Shown: piece after piece, positions 19,297 to 27,886 of the stretch
Numbering within the stretch: position 1 is the first letter of the stretch
Layout: every line of letters starts with the position of its first letter
NCBI GenBank assembly: GCA_963823555.1
Contig: CAWGMA010000001.1
Span: 224,001-288,000, forward strand
Source of the DNA: Candidatus Eiseniibacteriota bacterium
GTDB taxonomy: Bacteria; Eisenbacteria; RBG-16-71-46; CAVPCR01
DNA: 64,000 bases
Direction of reading: 5' to 3'
Notes under the pieces: model-generated
What the model was told of the DNA's origin: nothing
What the model saw: the letters and a program-made list of their open reading frames with translations, nothing else
Database searches by the model: none
Position numbers and translations under genes: made by a program

Positions 19297-21394
19297 AACC
19301 GTGGGATCTCCGGACACCACATCTTCTTCTGAACCGGGCGTCGAGATGGAAGTCGATGTCGCTTCGGCTGTCGCAGCGTCGACTCCCGCTCCTTCGCTCG
19401 CGGCGGACGGGACCGCGGTCGAGGCCCCGGGCGGCCTTCCTGCTCTCCTTCTGGTTGGCAATCCCAATGTGGGGAAGAGCGTTCTGTTTGGCCATTTCAC
19501 CGGGCGCTATGTCACCGTATCCAACTTCCCAGGCACCACCGTCGAGGTGGCACGCGGGCGGCCCACCGGAGCTCTTGGCGGTGATCTTCGCGTGCGCGAG
19601 GTGGTGGATACCCCCGGCATCAATACCTTGATCCCGATGTCGGAGGACGAGAGCGTCACTCGCCAGATCCTCCTCAACGAGCAGAAGCCCCTCGTTCTCC
19701 AGGTTGCAGACGCCAAGAACCTGCGCCGTTCCTTGCTCATCACACTCCAGCTCGCCGAGATGGGCGCTCCGGTCGTGCTTGCCCTCAACATGATGGATGA
19801 GCTCCGCGCCCGCCGTATCCGCCTGGATGTCGCGAGGCTGGCCGACCTCATCGGCATCCCGGTCGTGCCGACCGTGGCGACCCGGAGGAGGGGGCTGAAG
19901 GCCCTCGAGCGTGCCTTGCCGGAAGCGCGACGCCCGCTCCTCGACTTGCGATATCAAGCCGCCATCGAGGCTGCCGTGATCCGGATCCAGCCCTTGTTGC
20001 CGCCGGGTATGCCCGGTGCCCGAGCGATGGCTCTCATGCTCGCCGCGGGCGACGAGACATTGCGGGAATGGGTCTTCGCCCATCTCGATCGAGCGGCGAT
20101 CGGGGAGCTGGATGGCATCATCGCCGAACTCCGTCGGCGCTATCCCGAGGGGGTTGCGGCCGCGATCAACCAGCAGCGTCTCGCGCAGGTCGATATCATT
20201 CTTGCCGATGTGTTCACTGCGGCCGAGGGCGACATCCCCCCGCTGGCCGTCCGTCTCGGCGCTGTGGCCATGCACCCGGTCTGGGGTGTTCTGGTGCTTC
20301 TCGCCGTGCTCTTCGCCCTCTTCGAGTTCGTCGGCGTGTTCGGTGCCGGTACACTTGTCGGCTGGATCGAGGAGGGGCTCTTTGGCGGGGTGATCAATCC
20401 GGCCGTCACGCGGATCGTCGATACCGTGGTGCCGATTCCCTTCGTGCGCGATCTCCTGGTCGGAGACTATGGGCTCGTGACGATGGCTCTCACCTATGGC
20501 ATCGCCATCGTGTTGCCGATCGTCTTCACCTTCTTCCTCGCCTTCTCACTGCTCGAGGATTCCGGATATCTGCCCCGCCTGGCCGTCATGGTGAACCGGA
20601 TCTTCCAGGCGATGGGGCTCAACGGCAAAGCCGTGCTGCCGATGGTGCTCGGCCTTGGCTGTGACACCATGGCCACGTTGACCACTCGTATCCTGGATCG
20701 GAGGAAGGAGCGTGTGGTCGTCACCCTGCTTCTGGCCCTGGGCGTGCCCTGTTCGGCTCAGCTCGGCGTCATCTTCGGCATGCTGGGGCGCGCCGGTCCC
20801 GCCGCCGCGCTCGTCTGGGGTGGCATCGTGGTCGGGGTTCTGTTCGTCGTCGGATTTCTTGCTGCGCGCGTGGTCCCCGGGGACAGCTCGAGCTTCGTAC
20901 TCGAACTACCGCCGGTGCGTTGGCCGCAGCTCAGCAACATTCTCATCAAGACCCTGGCCCGCATCGAGTGGTACTTGCGCGAAGCCATGCCGCTCTTCGT
21001 CGTCGGCACGCTCGTTCTCTTTGCTCTCGATCGGCTGACGCTCTTGGTCCTTCTCGAGCGTGCAGCGTCTCCGCTGGTCGTCGGGCTGCTGGGGCTCCCG
21101 GAATCGGCAACGGCGGCTTTCATCATGGGGTTCCTGCGTCGAGATTACGGTGCCGCCGGCTTCTTCAAGTTGCAGGCGGACGGCATTCTCGATTCAGTGC
21201 AGGTCGTCGTTGCGCTCGTGACCATGACTCTGTTCATTCCCTGCATTGCCAACTGGTTCATGATGATCAAGGAACGGGGTCTGCGGGCCACGCTCTGGAT
21301 GACGCTGTTCATCCTGCCCTTTGCCCTGCTCGTCGGCGGCGCAGTGAATCTCGTGCTGCGAGGACTGGGGATCACCTTCGGCGGCGCGCCATGA
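19289..21394 (+). CDS. feoB: Ferrous iron transporter FeoB
   Basis: G1 GNPNVGKS, G2 NFPGTTVE, G3 DTPG, G4 NMMD; LEDSGYLPR, LGLGC, VPCSA and FIPC in the membrane domain. Confidence 0.95.
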   Translation: MAETVGSPDTTSSSEPGVEMEVDVASAVAASTPAPSLAADGTAVEAPGGLPALLLVGNPNVGKSVLFGHFTGRYVTVSNFPGTTVEVARGRPTGALGGDLRVREVVDTPGINTLIPMSEDESVTRQILLNEQKPLVLQVADAKNLRRSLLITLQLAEMGAPVVLALNMMDELRARRIRLDVARLADLIGIPVVPTVATRRRGLKALERALPEARRPLLDLRYQAAIEAAVIRIQPLLPPGMPGARAMALMLAAGDETLREWVFAHLDRAAIGELDGIIAELRRRYPEGVAAAINQQRLAQVDIILADVFTAAEGDIPPLAVRLGAVAMHPVWGVLVLLAVLFALFEFVGVFGAGTLVGWIEEGLFGGVINPAVTRIVDTVVPIPFVRDLLVGDYGLVTMALTYGIAIVLPIVFTFFLAFSLLEDSGYLPRLAVMVNRIFQAMGLNGKAVLPMVLGLGCDTMATLTTRILDRRKERVVVTLLLALGVPCSAQLGVIFGMLGRAGPAAALVWGGIVVGVLFVVGFLAARVVPGDSSSFVLELPPVRWPQLSNILIKTLARIEWYLREAMPLFVVGTLVLFALDRLTLLVLLERAASPLVVGLLGLPESATAAFIMGFLRRDYGAAGFFKLQADGILDSVQVVVALVTMTLFIPCIANWFMMIKERGLRATLWMTLFILPFALLVGGAVNLVLRGLGITFGGAP

Positions 21395-21663
21395 CAAGTC
21401 CGGTACGCTTGACCTCCTCATCGCCCCCCGGCTCCGGTCCCCCGGCCCCGGGTCCGGCTGCCAGGTCCATGTCCCAGCCGGCCCCACAGACGGTCCAGTG
21501 CGCGCTGTGCGGCCATCGCTTCGTTGCCGGTACCGACACCATGTCCTGCGCGCGCTGTCCCATGGCCAAGCGGTGCGCGGTCACCTGTTGTCCGAATTGC
21601 GGATACGAGTTCGTGACCAGGTCCCGACTCGTTGACCTTCTCCGTCGACTTTTCCGCAGGTAG
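21391..21663 (+). CDS. Small Cys-rich (8 Cys) protein
   Basis: ATGA overlap with the feoB stop; CALCGHRF...CARCPMAKRCAVTCCPNCGYEF; ends 2 nt before the next ATG. Alternative start at 21469. Confidence 0.75.
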   Translation: MTSPVRLTSSSPPGSGPPAPGPAARSMSQPAPQTVQCALCGHRFVAGTDTMSCARCPMAKRCAVTCCPNCGYEFVTRSRLVDLLRRLFRR

Positions 21664-21665
21664 CC

Positions 21666-22331
21666 ATGCACAAGAGCGCGATAGAGGAGCGGACTGAAGA
21701 GATCCTCGAACAGGTCTGGGTCCTACGCGAGGATGGCGTTGACGAGCGCGCGGCCCTGCTCGCGGCAGCTCGTCGGCACGGAGAGACGGACCCCGAGGAA
21801 GTGATCAGCCACATCGAGGCGCGAGGTCTTCTGGTACCAGGGACGGCAAGCCTCGCACTGACCGTGCTTGGAGAAGAAGCGGCGAGGTCGATCGTACGCC
21901 GCCACCGACTTGCCGAGCGCCTGCTCTCGGATGTCCTGGAGGTCGATCCGGCCACCATAGCTGCCGATGCCTGCCGCTTCGAGCATGTGCTATCGCCGGG
22001 GGTCACGACCTCGATCTGCACCTTGCTCGGACATCCCCCGACTTGTCCCCATGGGCGGCCGATTCCACGCGGTGAATGCTGCGGCACCTATCGGACCGAG
22101 CTTAAGCCGCTGGTGATCCGTCTCCTCGACCTCGGCGTGGGCGAGCGGGCCGTGGTCACGTTCGTCGAGGGCCGGATCGACGGCATCGGGCGCCTGGGGA
22201 CGCTCGGCCTCGTGCCGGGAGTTTCCGTTCGCCTCGTTCAGCGCCGGCCCTCACATGTGGTCGAGGTCGGGGAGACCACGATCGCCATCGATGACAGCCT
22301 GGCTCGCGCCATCTACGTGAAGCGACAGTGA
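21666..22331 (+). CDS. DtxR/MntR family metal-dependent regulator with C-terminal FeoA domain
   Basis: RRHRLAERLL, ACRFEH and LGHPPTCPHGRPIP, followed by an SH3-like FeoA segment (LGLVPG...IAID). Confidence 0.9.
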   Translation: MHKSAIEERTEEILEQVWVLREDGVDERAALLAAARRHGETDPEEVISHIEARGLLVPGTASLALTVLGEEAARSIVRRHRLAERLLSDVLEVDPATIAADACRFEHVLSPGVTTSICTLLGHPPTCPHGRPIPRGECCGTYRTELKPLVIRLLDLGVGERAVVTFVEGRIDGIGRLGTLGLVPGVSVRLVQRRPSHVVEVGETTIAIDDSLARAIYVKRQ

Positions 22332-22392
22332 GTGAGGCGGGACCCTCGGTCCAGGAGAAGGACGGGGGCCCCGGCCTCGATGAGGAGTCCCG

Positions 22393-23724
22393 TTGAAGAC
22401 GTTGATCCTGCCCCATTCCCTCACGTCCATCCCGGTCCTCATGGTCCTGCTGCCGGCGCTGGCGTGCCTGCTGACGCCTTCGGCCGTTCATGCCGAGGAT
22501 CCTGCCTCCAGTGCGGCGCGCCAGGATTCGGTGATCGCCGAACTCGAGCGCCGAATCGACCTGCTCGCGGCCGAGCTCGAACGCGAACGCCTCGGACCAG
22601 CGGCCACGGCCGACCGCGGCGAGCACGGGTTGGGGCCCGCAGCCTCCAAGGTCTACCGCGCCGATCGCGGCGTGTCGATCGGAGGCTACGGCGAAATGCT
22701 CTACGAGACCTACGCTGCTCGTCGCGATGACAACGAGAGTTCCCAGCGTACCGATCGTCTAGATTTCCTGCGCGCCATTGTCTACTTCGGCTACAAGTTC
22801 AGTGATCGTTGGCTCCTCAACTCGGAGGTCGAGTTCGAGCACGGTTCGACCGGGAAGGGAGGTGAAGTCTCGGTCGAGTTCGCTTATCTCGACTACATGT
22901 GGCGCCCCGAGGTCAACGTGCGCGCTGGGCTCGTGCTGGTACCGATGGGGCTCGTCAACGAGCTTCACGAGCCGACCGTCTTCCGGGGTACCCGCCGGCC
23001 TCTGGTCGAGCAGGCCATCATTCCCACCACCTGGCGCGAAAACGGCGTTGGTGCTCATGGCGACGTGGGCATGGCGAGCTACCGCACGGTGATCATCAAC
23101 GGGCTCGATGCCAGCGGCTTCTCGGCGGCGGGTATCCGCGGCGGAAGGCAGAGCGGCGCCAAGGCCGCGGCGGAGGACTTCGCCTGGGTCGGACGCCTCG
23201 ATGTCACCGGTGTTCCCGGGCTCCTCGTCGGGGGCTCGGTCTACGCGGGTCAGTCCGGGCAAGGGCTCCTGGGTGCAGGGGGACGCATCCTCCAGGTGGG
23301 TACCACGCTTGCCGAGGGGCATGTCGAGTGGAAGCGACGCGGACTCATGCTGCGTGGCCTCGCTGCCTGGTCGTGGATCGATGAAGCAGGAGAGCTCAAT
23401 GCCGCTCTCGGACTCCCTGCCAACGACGCCATCGCCGCCGAACAGGGTGGGGGGTATGCCGAGGCAGGCTTCGATGTGTTCACCCTCGCCCCGCGCGGCG
23501 AGCTATCGCTCATCCCATTCCTGCGCTACGAGCGCCTCGACACGCAGGCCAAGATGCCTCGCGGAACGACGGCCGATCCGGCGCTGGATCAGGAGATCCT
23601 GACCGTTGGAGTCAATTTCAGCCCGATCGATCCCGTGGTCTTCAAGCTCGACTATCAAGATATCGACAACGCAGCCGGCACGGGACTCGACCAGTTCAAT
23701 GTGGCGGTCGGCTACATCTTCTGA
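22393..23724 (+). CDS. Outer-membrane beta-barrel/porin
   Basis: Signal peptide, short coiled coil, SIGGYGE, NSEVEFEHG, VEFAYLD, NELHEPT, IIPTTWRENG, and C-terminal GYIF (BAM signal). Confidence 0.75.
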   Translation: MKTLILPHSLTSIPVLMVLLPALACLLTPSAVHAEDPASSAARQDSVIAELERRIDLLAAELERERLGPAATADRGEHGLGPAASKVYRADRGVSIGGYGEMLYETYAARRDDNESSQRTDRLDFLRAIVYFGYKFSDRWLLNSEVEFEHGSTGKGGEVSVEFAYLDYMWRPEVNVRAGLVLVPMGLVNELHEPTVFRGTRRPLVEQAIIPTTWRENGVGAHGDVGMASYRTVIINGLDASGFSAAGIRGGRQSGAKAAAEDFAWVGRLDVTGVPGLLVGGSVYAGQSGQGLLGAGGRILQVGTTLAEGHVEWKRRGLMLRGLAAWSWIDEAGELNAALGLPANDAIAAEQGGGYAEAGFDVFTLAPRGELSLIPFLRYERLDTQAKMPRGTTADPALDQEILTVGVNFSPIDPVVFKLDYQDIDNAAGTGLDQFNVAVGYIF

Positions 23725-23728
23725 ACGG

Positions 23729-24265
23729 GTGCTCACGGTGGCGATCTTGCTGCTGGTCACCATCGCGCTTCCCGAAACGGCCAGGGCCAAGGTGTTCCTG
23801 AGTGTCGACGAAGCTCTCGAACTCGCCTTTACCGGATGTCGTATAGAACGGCAAACCGTGTACCTGACGGCGGCTCAGCTCGAGCGGGCGCGGGAACTCG
23901 CCGGCATGGAGATGCCGGGCGCGATTATCCATCCCTACGTCGCCCGGAGCGACAGCGGGCTCGCCGGCACCGCCTACTTCGACACGCACCGCGTGCGGAC
24001 CCTGCCGCAGACGGTCATGGTGGTCGTCGGCACCGATGATCGCGTCCGTCGGATCGAGATCCTGGACTTCTCCGAGCCCGAGAGCTACCTGGTCCGCGAT
24101 CGCTGGTATGAGCAGTTCATGGACCGTGGTCTCGATGCCGACCTCGCGCTGGAGCGGGGAATCCACGGGGTCACTGGCGCCACCCTGACCGCGCGGGCCA
24201 CGACCGCTGCGGTGCGTCGAACCCTCGCGCTGCATCAGGTGATCGGCGAGGCACGGGCGCGATGA
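23729..24265 (+). CDS. Exported FMN-binding domain protein (ApbE substrate)
   Basis: Signal peptide ARA-K and flavinylation motif GVTGATLT ([S/T]GA[S/T]) at 24173-24184. Confidence 0.8.
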   Translation: MLTVAILLLVTIALPETARAKVFLSVDEALELAFTGCRIERQTVYLTAAQLERARELAGMEMPGAIIHPYVARSDSGLAGTAYFDTHRVRTLPQTVMVVVGTDDRVRRIEILDFSEPESYLVRDRWYEQFMDRGLDADLALERGIHGVTGATLTARATTAAVRRTLALHQVIGEARAR

Positions 24266-25848
24266 CACGGTTCGAAGCATGGTTCATGCATGCCGGGACA
24301 CTCCTGGTCGGGGGAACCGGTCTGGTCTACGCGGCGATGCGTTACTTCATGCATCCCGATGATCCCTATGCGATGGTGAACCACCCCTGGCAACCAACAG
24401 CGCAGCACCTCCATGTGTTGGTCGCCCCCTTGCTTGTCTTTGCCGCCGGCCTCATCTGGCGCCCGCATGTGTGGGATGGGATCCGTTCCCGGCACCGGGC
24501 GCGGCGGGCGAGCGGCCTCGTTGTCGCCTCGAGCTTCGTGCCCATGGCGGTATCGGGAACCCTGATCCAGGTCGCCACCGAGGAGACGTGGCGTCAGATC
24601 TGGGTCGGCGTGCACCTCGCGACGGCGGCGATCTGGATCGCGGGCTATCTCGCGCACCAGCTCCGGCAACGGCGGGCGGAGCGCGCGGCCGGAGGCCCGC
24701 CGTCGACCATGATCGAGCTGCGCCCGCGCTCCATGCTTCTCACGCGGGACCTGGATGATCAGGAAGATCTGAGCCGCGAGATGCGCGGGCGCCGCGCCCG
24801 GGCCCGGCGCCGCCGCCGGCTGCCGCGCGGCCCGCTCATGCTCGCTCTTGGCCTCGGCGCTGGTGTCGTGAGCATGCCGGTGCCAGCGCCTGGCGTCGTG
24901 GTCGAGCGCGAACTCGGCCTGATGGGCACCATCCTTCGCATCAGCGTCTCGGCTCCTTCGCGCGACGTCGCCATGAATGCCAGTGAGCGGGCGGTGGCTG
25001 TGCTTGAAGCCGCCGAGGTTCGGCTCTCTACCTGGCGAGACGACACCGAGTTGGCCCGGCTCAACCGGTCCCCGGTCGGGGAGCCCTTCGCTCTCTCGCC
25101 CGCCCTCGAGCGGGATCTCACCTCGGCGCGCCGCTTCTGGAGCCTGACCGGAGGTGCGTTCGATCCCGGAATCGGGGCCCTGGTCTCCGTCTGGGGGCTG
25201 CGCTCGGTTGGACGGATGCCCGGTATCGGTGAGCGGCAGGCCGCGCGCGAGGCGAGCGGCCTCGACCATCTCGCGTTGATCCCGGGCGCCGCGATCCGGA
25301 TGCATCCGGGATTCGGCATCGAGGAAGGCGGTTTCGGCAAGGGCGCGGCGCTCGATGACGCCGCGCGTGCGCTTGAGGGTCTCGGCATCGACCGCGCGAT
25401 TCTCGACCTCGGGGGACAGGTGATGGTCGTGGGCGATGGCGGGCCGCTTGTCTTCGCCGTAGCCGATCCCAGAGATCGCCGCCGGCCGGTGCTTGAGCTC
25501 CCCTTGGTCCGGGGGTCGGCCGCCACGTCCGGAAACAGCGAGCGCGGTCTCTCCATCGCCGGTGAGCGGATGAGCCACATCCTGGATGCCAGGACAGGCT
25601 GGCCCTGCCGGGACTTCGGCAGCGTGACCGTGTTGGCTCCCGACGCGCTCACCGCCGACTGCCTGTCGACAGGTCTTTTCGTGTGCGGGCCAGATTCCGC
25701 TCTGGCCTGGGCTCGTTCCAGGCCGGTGATCGAAGTCGTGGTCGTGGAGACGACGCATGGGGGTCTGCGGGTCCGTGCCACCCCGGGGATCGCACCACAC
25801 CTCTCCCCGATGGTCTCGGATCTCACGCTCGCACCCACCGGCGATTGA
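24262..25848 (+). CDS. apbE: FAD:protein FMN transferase (ApbE) with N-terminal His-containing membrane domain
   Basis: LMGT, GAFDPGIG, GGFGKG, DLGG, ATSGNSER, HILDARTG and ADCLST. The N-terminal ~135 aa has TM helices with paired His. Confidence 0.88.
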   Translation: MTRFEAWFMHAGTLLVGGTGLVYAAMRYFMHPDDPYAMVNHPWQPTAQHLHVLVAPLLVFAAGLIWRPHVWDGIRSRHRARRASGLVVASSFVPMAVSGTLIQVATEETWRQIWVGVHLATAAIWIAGYLAHQLRQRRAERAAGGPPSTMIELRPRSMLLTRDLDDQEDLSREMRGRRARARRRRRLPRGPLMLALGLGAGVVSMPVPAPGVVVERELGLMGTILRISVSAPSRDVAMNASERAVAVLEAAEVRLSTWRDDTELARLNRSPVGEPFALSPALERDLTSARRFWSLTGGAFDPGIGALVSVWGLRSVGRMPGIGERQAAREASGLDHLALIPGAAIRMHPGFGIEEGGFGKGAALDDAARALEGLGIDRAILDLGGQVMVVGDGGPLVFAVADPRDRRRPVLELPLVRGSAATSGNSERGLSIAGERMSHILDARTGWPCRDFGSVTVLAPDALTADCLSTGLFVCGPDSALAWARSRPVIEVVVVETTHGGLRVRATPGIAPHLSPMVSDLTLAPTGD

Positions 25849-26022
25849 CGGCCCTCGCCGCGGGCCTTAGAGTTGGGAGTGTTCGGTGCCCGCAAGCGCT
25901 CCGGTTCTGTGGCCGGCGCTCTCGATTGTGGATATTTGCGCTTGTCGTCAGCTATCCGTTTTTGCGATCCAGAGATTCTGATGTCAGGGCCCGTTGATAC
26001 GAATTGAGGCTCTGTTGCCACG

Positions 26023-27051
26023 ATGACCCTGCCCGAAATCGTCCGCCGCAACTTCGCGCTCAAACTGGCATCGGTCCTGCTCGGGGTCGTGATCTATCTC
26101 CATGTCTATACCGATCAGGTGCATGACGGGGAGTTCTGGCTGCCCGTCGACTATGTCCGCCAACCCGACAGCCTGGCCGTGATGAGCGACGCACCAGAGA
26201 AGGCGCTCGTGCTCCTGCGTGGGCGCGGCAAGGAGCTCATCAAGCTCAAGTGGCGCTCGCCGGAGGTGGAAGTCGATCTCGGCGCCGCCACCGCCGGCCG
26301 CTTCTACCACTCGCTGGGGACGGATGATGTCCGCATGCCGGCGACCAGCGATGCGAGCGCAGTGGCGATCATCGAGCCCCGTCTTCTGGTCCTCGAGTTC
26401 GACCGCGTGAGCGTTCGCGCCTTGCCGGCGCGCGTCCGCTTCACTGGGTCGTTGCCACCGGGGTATGTGCTACGCGGATTCAGCACGCAGCCAAGCGAGG
26501 TCATCCTGCGCGGGCCGTCGCGTCTGCTCCCTGGTGCGGATACCCTGGAGGTGGGACCCATCGACCTGCGCGGATTCCGGGGCCGGGCCCGAGGTCTGTT
26601 CGCGGTTCGCCGGCCGCATCCGGAACTCGTTCCCGAGCCGCCGGAGGTCGAGGTCGAGGTGGCCGCTGAACGGGCGGCTACGCGTGAGATCGAAGGAGTC
26701 CCGGTGGCGGTGGTCACTGATTCGGGCTTGGCCGCTGTCGCCACACCCGAATCGGCGGCCGTCCGCCTCGAGGGGTTGCCGGAGCGAGTCGAGGCACTCG
26801 CTCCAGGCGGGCTTCGCATCTCCCTGGACGCGCGCGGCCTGGGTCCCGGCGAGCACGTGGTCCGGGCCGGGGTCGATACCCTGGCGGGAGTCGTGATCAA
26901 GCCGCTGGAGGTTCGCTATCAGGTGCGGGTGAGGCTGGCCGAGGCAGGTACAGAGGGTGCCGGGGCGACGGAGCCGGCCGGCCAAACGGGAGCATCCGGG
27001 GATGAAGGCGCACCCACCGGAGACGGGGGAATGGTCACGGTGCGCGACTGA
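26023..27051 (+). CDS. YbbR/CdaR-like protein
   Basis: RNFALKLASVLLGVVIYLHV anchor followed by repeated P-x-V-x-L-x-G beta domains (PEKALVLLRG, PSEVILRGP, PESAAVRLEG). Confidence 0.8.
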   Translation: MTLPEIVRRNFALKLASVLLGVVIYLHVYTDQVHDGEFWLPVDYVRQPDSLAVMSDAPEKALVLLRGRGKELIKLKWRSPEVEVDLGAATAGRFYHSLGTDDVRMPATSDASAVAIIEPRLLVLEFDRVSVRALPARVRFTGSLPPGYVLRGFSTQPSEVILRGPSRLLPGADTLEVGPIDLRGFRGRARGLFAVRRPHPELVPEPPEVEVEVAAERAATREIEGVPVAVVTDSGLAAVATPESAAVRLEGLPERVEALAPGGLRISLDARGLGPGEHVVRAGVDTLAGVVIKPLEVRYQVRVRLAEAGTEGAGATEPAGQTGASGDEGAPTGDGGMVTVRD

Positions 27052-27076
27052 GGGCCCGGCACAACCGGCCCCGCCC

Positions 27077-27211
27077 AAAAAAAAGCGAGAGGGTCCCCAC
27101 TCGAATCGTAAACCCCACTCTGCCGTATGGGCAGATGCTCGAAGTACTTGTCTATGCTCGAAGCGGGGTGTTCACGAAATCAGCAGGGACTTAGCTCGCG
27201 CTCCTCTCGAT
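27077..27211 (-). ncRNA. Candidate structured small RNA (~135 nt), family unassigned
   Basis: Lies downstream of a near-consensus promoter; 5' and 3' ends base-pair into a long irregular rod; ends in U8; no ATG on this strand within it. Confidence 0.6.
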
Positions 27212-27216
27212 CAAGA

Positions 27217-27245
27217 ACTATAGCAAAGATCTCTCCAAGGGTCAA
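27217..27245 (-). promoter_or_regulatory. Sigma70 promoter of the candidate sRNA
   Basis: Minus strand reads TTGACC-17 bp-TATAGT with an extended -10 TG. Confidence 0.7.
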
Positions 27246-27494
27246 TGCCCCGTCGCGGCAGATGTAACGGAGGGTAGATCGTCGCGCCATTGATTGGAAC
27301 CTCCCCGGGGGGCAAGAGATGACAGGTATGGGGCGTGAGCTCGGGCCATCTACGCCGCTCCGACCGGGTACATCTCAAACGGCTTGACGATGGGACCCGT
27401 CACTGCAGGCGCCCGCACGATCGTGCCGCCGCCGTGCCCCCGGTACTGGTCCCCCTGCGGCCCCAAGGAGGGGGAATCCCCAGAGCCCAGCTTG

Positions 27495-27524
27495 TTGACG
27501 AAACCTATGGAATCCTTGTAAGTT
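27495..27524 (+). promoter_or_regulatory. Putative sigma70 promoter of the HU gene
   Basis: TTGACG-18 bp-TAAGTT, ~50 nt before the ATG. Confidence 0.5.
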
Positions 27525-27571
27525 ACAGGCGCTGACGGGTTGTGGCCGTCGGCCTCGAGGAGGATCGGCTC

Positions 27572-27850
27572 ATGACGAAGGCGGATATCGTAGACTCGAT
27601 CGCCGAGAAAACCGGCCTCACCAAAAAGGATGTGGCGGACACGGTCGACGAGTTCCTGCACGCCGTTTGCAAAGCGCTGAGCTCAGGAAAGCACATCGAG
27701 ATCCGGGGGTTCGGCACCTTCAAGGTCAAGGACCGCAAGTCGCGCGTGGCGCGCAACCCGCGGACGGGCGATCCGGTCAATGTTCCGGCGCGCAAGGTGC
27801 CTGTTTTCAAGGTCTCGAAAGAGCTCAAGGAGATGGTCTCCCAGGTCTAA
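27572..27850 (+). CDS. HU/IHF family DNA-binding protein
   Basis: MTKADIV...[11 protein letters not shown]...ARNPRTG...VPVFK, with RBS gaggagg. Confidence 0.95.
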   Translation: MTKADIVDSIAEKTGLTKKDVADTVDEFLHAVCKALSSGKHIEIRGFGTFKVKDRKSRVARNPRTGDPVNVPARKVPVFKVSKELKEMVSQV

Positions 27851-27886
27851 GCCAGGCTGAGGCTTGGCGTAGCCGCCTGGTGGAGA

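Noticed and set aside
25928..25936. DnaA-box-like TGTGGATAT suggesting oriC
   Set aside because: It is a single imperfect box with no cluster, unwinding element or dnaA context.
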